From positions 43,772,001 to 43,836,000 of the forward strand of contig OX597829.1 in NCBI GenBank assembly GCA_951406725.2: a stretch of 64,000 nucleotides of DNA, in the 5' to 3' direction. Position numbers and translations under genes: made by a program. Positions 56,929 through 64,000 of this stretch are shown here, piece by piece. Each line of letters begins with the position of its first letter. The stretch's first letter is position 1. The DNA is from Octopus vulgaris. Lineage: Eukaryota. The notes beneath the pieces are model-generated. The model was not told where the DNA came from. It searched no databases and saw only the letters and a list, made by a program, of their open reading frames with translations.

Positions 56929-57093
56929 TCCTTTCTATTATAGGCACAAAGCCTAAAATTTGGGTGAGAGGGCTGTCGATTACATCACCCTCAGTACACA
57001 GCTGGTACTTATTTAATCGACTGCGAAAGGATGAAAGGCAAAGTCGACCTCGGCGGAATTTGAACTCAGAACGTAAAGACGGGCAAAATACCG
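56929..57093 (-). mobile_element. SINE family B body with an alternative 3' tail and an (ATT)n end
   Basis: Same central domain, but the tail reads aattttaggctttgtgcctataatagaaagg(att)n. Confidence 0.75.
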
Positions 57094-57699
57094 TCTTGGT
57101 ATAAAAGATGGAAACATGGGTGTTACGTTCAACATCCTTAAACAACCTTTATTCAAGGACCTTTTGAGCGGGATGGGTTACTCGACCTGAAGAAAATTCA
57201 AACTGAGCCCTCACCTGCATGGGCATGCGCTGTTTATTTTGATATGAGATCACCATATCGCGCACATATGGTTGTGATGCATGTGCCTAGTGTGTGTGTG
57301 TGTGTCTGTGTTTGTCCTTCCCCTATCGCCACTTGGCAACCAGTGTTGGTGAGTATATCTCCCCGTTATAGAGCGGTTCGGCAAAAAATTTCCGATAGAA
57401 TCATTAATATGCTTACAAAGTATACAGCCCTTCGGGGTGGTAGTACTCCAGCATGTCCGCAATCAAATGAGTGAAACAAGTAAAAGAATAAAAAGAATAT
57501 ACAAGATAATGTACGCCAGATCAACTATGTCTGATAAAAAAAGTTTGGGTGTCCATAACAGCTGAAACTGCTAGATTTGGCCAATCTGTGTAGTTCTGGC
57601 CGATTTGTGATGAACCGGAACTAAACAACGACCACGACAGTAGTAGAAACAAGAACAACAGTTTGTTTTTCAAGAAACGTTATTAGGTTGACTCTAATA

Positions 57700-58290
57700 A
57701 GGCGGCGAGCTGGTAGAAACATTAGCTCGCCGGGCGAAATGCTTTGCGGTATTTCGTCTGCCGTTACGTTCTGAGTTTAAATTCCGCCGAGGTCAACTTT
57801 GCCTTTCATCCTTTCGGGGTCGATAAATTACGTACCAGTTACGCACTGGGGTCGATGTAATCGACTTAATACCTATGTCTGTCCTTGTTTGTCCCCTCTG
57901 TGTTTAGCCCCTTGTAGGTAATAAAGAAATAGGTATTTCGTCTGCGGTTACGCTCTGAGTTTAAATTCCGCCGAGGTCGACTTTGCCTTTCATCCTTTGG
58001 GGGTTGATTAAATAAGTACCAGTTACGCACTGGGGTCGATATAATCGACTTAATACCTATGTCTGTCCTTGTTTGTCCTCTCTGTGTTTAGCCCCTTGTG
58101 GGTAGTTAAGAAATAGGTATTTCGTCTGCCGCTACGTTCTGAGTTCAAATCCCGCCGAGGTCGGCTTTGCCTTTTGTCCTTTCGGGTCGATTAAATAAGT
58201 ACCAGTTACGCAGTGGGGTCGATGTAATCGACTTAATCTCTTTGTCTGTCCTATATATGTTTAGACCCCTGTGGGCTATAAAGAAATAAA
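57700..58290 (+). mobile_element. SINE family B trimer
   Basis: ggtatttcgtctgc at 57748, 57932 and 58116 (184-bp period). Confidence 0.9.
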
Positions 58291-59052
58291 TACAGACAGG
58301 ACTCAAAATGGTGGCGCCCCTCACGTTACTGGGCGTGTGCAGGTGTCTTCTATTTTCAGGTTTATTGGTTTGAATAAGTAAAGTACTTGTCAAATATGTG
58401 AGAGTAAGAGTTGGAGAAGTGTGGTAGAAAAGAGAGACAGACAGACAGACAGACAAAGAGAGAGTGTGTGTGTGTGTGTGTGTGTGTTCGCGTGTGTGTG
58501 TCGGGCACAAACAAAGAGTTATATGTACATATAAGAGGTTGTATATATATCGCACGTTTTGATAGACATGTGGATGTATGTCTGTGCCAAGGAAACAAGA
58601 TTGAGGTAATAATAGAGGACAAGTTGTATGTATGTGTAAATATGTTACGTGTGTATATATATAGGTGTATGTATGTGAGAAAAAAACAGGCTGCGCGCGA
58701 ATGTGCTTGAGTGCTTGTGTATGAGTGCGTGCGTGCGTATGCGTGCGTATGCGTGTGTGTGTGTGTGTGTGTGTGTGAGTGAGTGTGTGTGTGTGGGCGT
58801 GTATCTGAGTGTTAGAAAAGGAGTGTGAATGAACAATCCGCATTATACACAAAATGTGAGAACAAAATGCAAAGTGAGAGAGAGAGAGAGAGAGGAAGAG
58901 AGAGAAAGACAGAGAGAGTGAGAGTGAGAGAGTGAGAGAGAGAACGAATAAAAGAATGCATAAAAGAAAAATTAAACATGTTTTTTTGTTATTGATCGCA
59001 GACCCAGGTAGAATCTTGCAAAGGTGAATGTTGTAACCGTTAAGAATATCCA

Positions 59053-59133
<81 letters not shown>

Positions 59134-59191
59134 TGTATGAATGTATGAATATATATATGTATATATATATATGTATGAATGTATATATGTA

Positions 59192-59222
<31 letters not shown>

Positions 59223-59243
59223 GTATGTATGTATGTATGTATG

Positions 59244-59275
<32 letters not shown>

Positions 59276-59344
59276 TGTATGTATGTATGTATGCATGTAT
59301 GTATGTATGTATGTATGTATGTATGTATGTATGTATGTATATAA

Positions 59345-59585
59345 TCTTTTAATTTTTGTTTCACTCATTTGACTGCGGCCATGGTGGAGCACCGCCTTTA
59401 GTCGAGCAAATCGACCCCAGCCTGGTACTTATATCAATCTCTTTTTGCCGAACTGCTAGATTACGGGGACGTAAACACACCAGCATCGGTTGTTGGATGG
59501 GGGGACAAACACAGACACAGAAACACACACATACATACATACATACATACATACATACATACATACATACATACATACATACATA

Positions 59586-59641
<56 letters not shown>

Positions 59642-59788
59642 GAGAATGGACTTCTTTCAGCATCCGTCTACCAAATCCACACACAAGGCTTTGGTCGCCG
59701 CGAGGCAATAGGTGACACGCAATGGGACTGATCCTGGAACTATGTGGTTGGAAAGCAATCTAATTACCACACAGCCACTCTCGCGCCT
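59345..59788 (-). mobile_element. SINE family A copy with an expanded internal (TACA)n/(CA)n
   Basis: Similarity to the other copies. Confidence 0.8.
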
Positions 59789-59979
59789 ATATATAATGAG
59801 CTTGAAAAAGGTGTTCAGCTTTCAGTAACCAGAGCCCTGTTTATAAATCTTTTCTAGGTAAACTACGTAGATTAGAAACGTGTGGTCTGCGTTACTAACC
59901 GATTGAATTCATAGACATGATTTTTTATCCCTGGTTCATTGGTCGCTGACATGAATAGAATAGTATTTTCACGAATTTA

Positions 59980-60620
59980 ATCGATTTGGGGGTAGGGATC
60001 TTCAAAGAATGTCCTAGTTCCATTTGACACTGGCACATTTGGGATATCCAGACGATATCCAGAGATGGAAATGCCTCAGGAGAATTGCTAAGCATTTGTA
60101 TCTCATTCTCGTCGGCTAAGTCTACAAAATTTAATCATGCGTCTAAGATGCCTTTCCGGTCTCCAGTTTTTACAATATAGCGAGATATGCTCCCAAGACA
60201 TCTGAAAGAATCTGATCACCCAGCCTCGATCGAAGTATAAGCAGCCACCAGTCTGAAAGCACTGCATTTGCTGATGTTCACGTCATATCTAAAACTACGA
60301 ATTTGTGGACAGGTTCTAAGAAGATCGTCGTACCAAGAAATCCAGACTTTTCGAAACAAATTATCTCTACAGCTCTAGATCCAGAGGTGTAGACTAAAAA
60401 ATGCGTAAAGCATATAGTCATCGAGGATGGGTACAAGCACATTCCTTAAAACCTTGGTCTCATTAATAGCTACCACATCTATTCTAAGGTCTGAAGTCGT
60501 TGAGTGATCAACACTGTTTCCATTATAAGATTTTTTACTTCAATACCACCACATTGGGAAGACAAGGAAATGTGAAAAAAAAATTACTTAATGTGGTCTT
60601 GTTGAAGAAAAACAGATGAT
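59980..60620 (-). pseudogene. Highly degenerate LINE relic (possibly RLE-type RT C-terminal region)
   Basis: Weak frameshifted similarity to VAIN...VLVP and post-RT motifs; judged by eye only. Confidence 0.35.
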
Positions 60621-60754
60621 CTAGTCTTTATGGCATTCAGAGGTTCCTTGAAGACTCCCACCCCCACCGCCACTTGAATTCCTCTGTTTTTTTTTTCTTT
60701 TGGATAAACTTGTGTTTTTCGAATTCGGTGAACAACTCTTTTTTTAACTTTTAT

Positions 60755-60975
60755 CTATTTCTTTACTACCCACAGGGGGCTAAACACAGAGGGGACAAAC
60801 AAGGACAGACAAACGGATTAAGTCGATTATATCGACCCCAGTTCGTAACTGGCACTTATTTAATCGACCCCGAAAGGATGAAAGGCAAAGTCGACCTCGG
60901 CGGAATTTGAACAACGTAACGGCAGACGAAATACGGCTACGTATTTCGCCCAGCGTGCTAACGTTTCCGCCAGCT
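60755..60975 (-). mobile_element. SINE family B copy, adjacent to a family A 3' half (60980-61185)
   Basis: Similarity to the other copies. Confidence 0.87.
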
Positions 60976-61723
60976 AACGTTTACTTATTTCAGTCATTAG
61001 ACTACGACCATGCTGGTGCATCACCTTGAGGAAATTTTAGTTGAATGAATCGACCCCCAGTACTTATGTTTTTTAAAAAAACCTGGTACTTATTCTATCG
61101 GTCATTTTTGATGAACCGCTAAGTTACAGGGATGTAAACACACCAGCACCGGTTGTCAAGCGCTGTGTGTGGTGGGGACAAACATACATCACGTATTTTC
61201 TCGGTACCCACTCTCCCTTTGATTTTATTTCATTTGTTTACGTTTGTTTTTTTTTGTTTTTTTTTGTTTTTTTCTGTGTAGTTTATTAACACATTGACGT
61301 TTTTATCCATAATAATGAGATTAATGATGTTGAGGTTGTGATGTTGACTTGTCTTTGTTTGTTGGTACAACTTTGGTATTTTTCCCATTCTTTGGGTGTT
61401 GGTTGCAAGTTGTGAGTTCACGACGACCCGAAGGAGAAATTCATCCACAAGTTAAAAACCGTTGTTTTTCCCAGTCGCTTGTTCTGCTAGGGTTAGCGAT
61501 GAAACCAGCCATCACATAATACTTCAACGGTAGAACTGAAGACTTGACTGACGTTTACATTATTTGAAACAGTTCATTATAAATCTACTTGAGGTCACAA
61601 ATGAAGGCAATATCACCTGTAGCATATAAAAGACCGGAACCAATAGGAGGTAAATTTCGCTGCAAATTTTATGAACCTATCATCTTAAGAGATGGAATGA
61701 CACATTCGATAAAACTATCATAC

Positions 61724-62103
61724 GAGGCGCAATGGCCCAGTGGTTAGGGCAGCGGACTCGCGGTCGTAGGATCGCGGTTTCGATTCACAGACCGGGCGTT
61801 GTGAGTGTTTATTGAGCGAAAACACCTAAAGCTCCACGAGGCACCGGCAGGGGATGGTGGTGATCCCTGCTGTACTCTTTCACCACAACTTTCTCTCACT
61901 CTTACTTCCTGTTTCTGTTGTACCTGTATTTCAAAGGGCCCGCCTTGTCACTCTCTGTGTCACGCTGAATATCCCCGAGAACTACATTAAGGGTACACGT
62001 GTCTGTGGAGTGCTCAGCCACATACACGTTAATTTCACGAGCATGCTGTTCCGTTGATCGGATCAACCGGAACCCTCGTTGTCGTAACCGACAGAGTGCT
62101 TCC
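61724..62103 (+). mobile_element. SINE family C copy
   Basis: TSD aaaactatcat at 61711-61721 and 62106-62116; A and B boxes in the head. Confidence 0.92.
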
Positions 62104-62182
62104 ACAAAACTATCATGTATATCACTACAAATAAAGACAACCAGGTAGCGGCTGTAATATCTTTCACTTTAGGACTGCTAAT

Positions 62183-62440
62183 CACGTGATCACGTGACCG
62201 CCCAGGCTATCAGATGTTGTTACACCTCGCTGGTTACAATGCGCTTTTTTGCGTTGTTTTAGACCTCAAATGACACCACTCCGCTGGCTAAGCAAGCAGT
62301 CCAACATTCCCCGCCAATCGAAGCAACATGAAATGAAGTGTTTCGCGCAAGAACACAACACACTACCCAGTCAGGGAATCGAACCCACGGCCTAACGATC
62401 ATCACTGCAACAACCTAACCACAAGGCCACGTGCCTTCAC
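62183..62440 (-). mobile_element. tRNA-headed SINE (family C-related head)
   Basis: Imperfect TSD aggact(g/a)ctaat; gggaatcgaacc B-box. Confidence 0.7.
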
Positions 62441-63469
62441 AGGACTACTAATAGTAAAGGTAAATAAAAACAACGGAATTATCAATTTCACTTGATCTGG
62501 TAAACATAGCAACCAAATCTCTCTCAGATCATATTCTACATTTTTGTTTCTTCATAAATTAGAAACAAAGAAAATGGCGCAAATGACAACGAAAAGACAT
62601 TGGCAAAATAAAGATGAAGAAAAGAAAGAAAGGGAAAAGGAATAAATAAAAAAGAAAGGAAAGAAAACAGAAAAAAAGAATGATTGTTAGAATGGAGGGA
62701 AACAAAAAAGAACGCTGGACAATCCTGGATTTACAAAAAGACGGGATGGGCCCGGTGGAAAGTATTTGACCATGGGTCTGTAATGAGGTTAAACACAAAC
62801 ATAACAGCAACAAAGAGGGGTCGTGTGTCTAATTCATAAGAAAACCATTTTAGTGAGAAAGGAGGAGGAAGTGCGTTGAGTGAGACTAAGGCAGGAAGGA
62901 AACGGGAGAGCAAGCATGCGCAGGGGAACGTCGGCGATTAATTGACCTCATCCAGTTCAAGGAGGAGCAGCCATCACCTAGATTAGAAAGTCTTAAGCCT
63001 GTTTGGCAGTGTTCTCTGAAGCGGTGGGGTGGACCAGTTCATACGCCATTGATTCAATTGACCAAGCGTGCGTATATGTGTGTATGCATGTATTTATACA
63101 CACACGAGAGTGCGCGCACACACACAAACACACACACACACATTCGGATTGTATGCTTGTTGGTTCATGGTTGTTTTTGTTCAAATACACACGACCTTAA
63201 ACACACACACACACACACACCAGTATGCGAGAGTGTGTGTATGAGGGTATATATGGCATATATGTATGTATGTATGTTTTTATCAATGTATGTGTTGTTT
63301 GTGATATTTACGGCTGTTTATATATGTTCTTCGGATATGTATTCATAAAGATACATGTACATACATTTACATGGATGTGTGTGTGTCTGTTTGTATGTAT
63401 GTATGTATGAATGTATGTATGTATGTATGTATGTATATATATATATACATACATATATACATACATACA

Positions 63470-63520
<51 letters not shown>

Positions 63521-63523
<3 letters not shown>

Positions 63524-63925
63524 TGGAAGAGTGACTGTGTGGTAAGTAGCTTGCTTACAAACCACATGGTTCCGGGTTCAGTCCCACTACGTAGAACCTT
63601 GGGCAAGTGTCTTCTACTAAAGCCTCGGACCGACCAAAGCCTCGTGAGTGGATTTGGTAGACGGAAACTGGAAAGAAGCCTGTCGTATATATGTATATAT
63701 ATATATATGTATGTGTATGTGTGTATTTGTGTGTCTGTGTTTGTCCTCCCAACATCGCTTGACAACCGATGCTGGTGTGTTTACATCCCCGTAACTTAGT
63801 GGTTCGGCAAAAGAAACCAATAGAATAAGTACTATGCTCACAAAGAACAAGTCCTGGGGGCCGATTTGCTCGACTAAATGCGGTGCTCCAGCAAATGACT
63901 GAAACAAGTAAAAAAGAGAGTAAGA
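63521..63925 (+). mobile_element. SINE family A copy
   Basis: Similarity to the other copies. Confidence 0.87.
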
Positions 63926-63927
63926 AT

Positions 63928-63965
<38 letters not shown>

Positions 63966-64000
63966 ACATATATATATATATGTATATATATGTATGTATG

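Noticed and set aside
58145-59392. 415-aa minus-strand ORF
   Set aside because: Chance read-through of SINE ends and microsatellites.
61724-61800. tRNA gene (also at 12167 and 35830)
   Set aside because: A and B boxes are present but there is no complete cloverleaf, and the sequence continues into a SINE body.

Overview
AT-rich, extremely microsatellite-dense eukaryotic DNA. The repeat style suggests a cephalopod (Octopus-like) intron or intergenic region; this is an inference. No host protein-coding gene can be supported, and almost all listed ORFs are translations of (TA)n, (TACA)n, (CA)n, (AAT)n or (GAT)n repeats. The real content is mobile DNA: (i) a near-intact 5.8-kb Tx1/L1-clade LINE at 37706-43550 (minus strand) with ORF1 and an ORF2 broken by a single frameshift, sitting in an (AAT)n tract that holds several other retroelements; (ii) relics of RTE and R4/Dong-like LINEs; (iii) about 30 copies or fragments of at least three tRNA-derived SINE families; (iv) a hAT MITE and a non-autonomous Helitron; (v) several fold-back elements. 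The most notable signal is a dispersed set of minimal type-I hammerhead ribozyme motifs of the Penelope-associated kind. Their cores show C3-G8, U3-A8 and G3-C8 covariation, and one is fused downstream of a tRNA-type Pol III promoter in a TSD-flanked inverted element. One SINE family also shares its 3' tail with the Tx1-like LINE and forms fixed-junction trimers.
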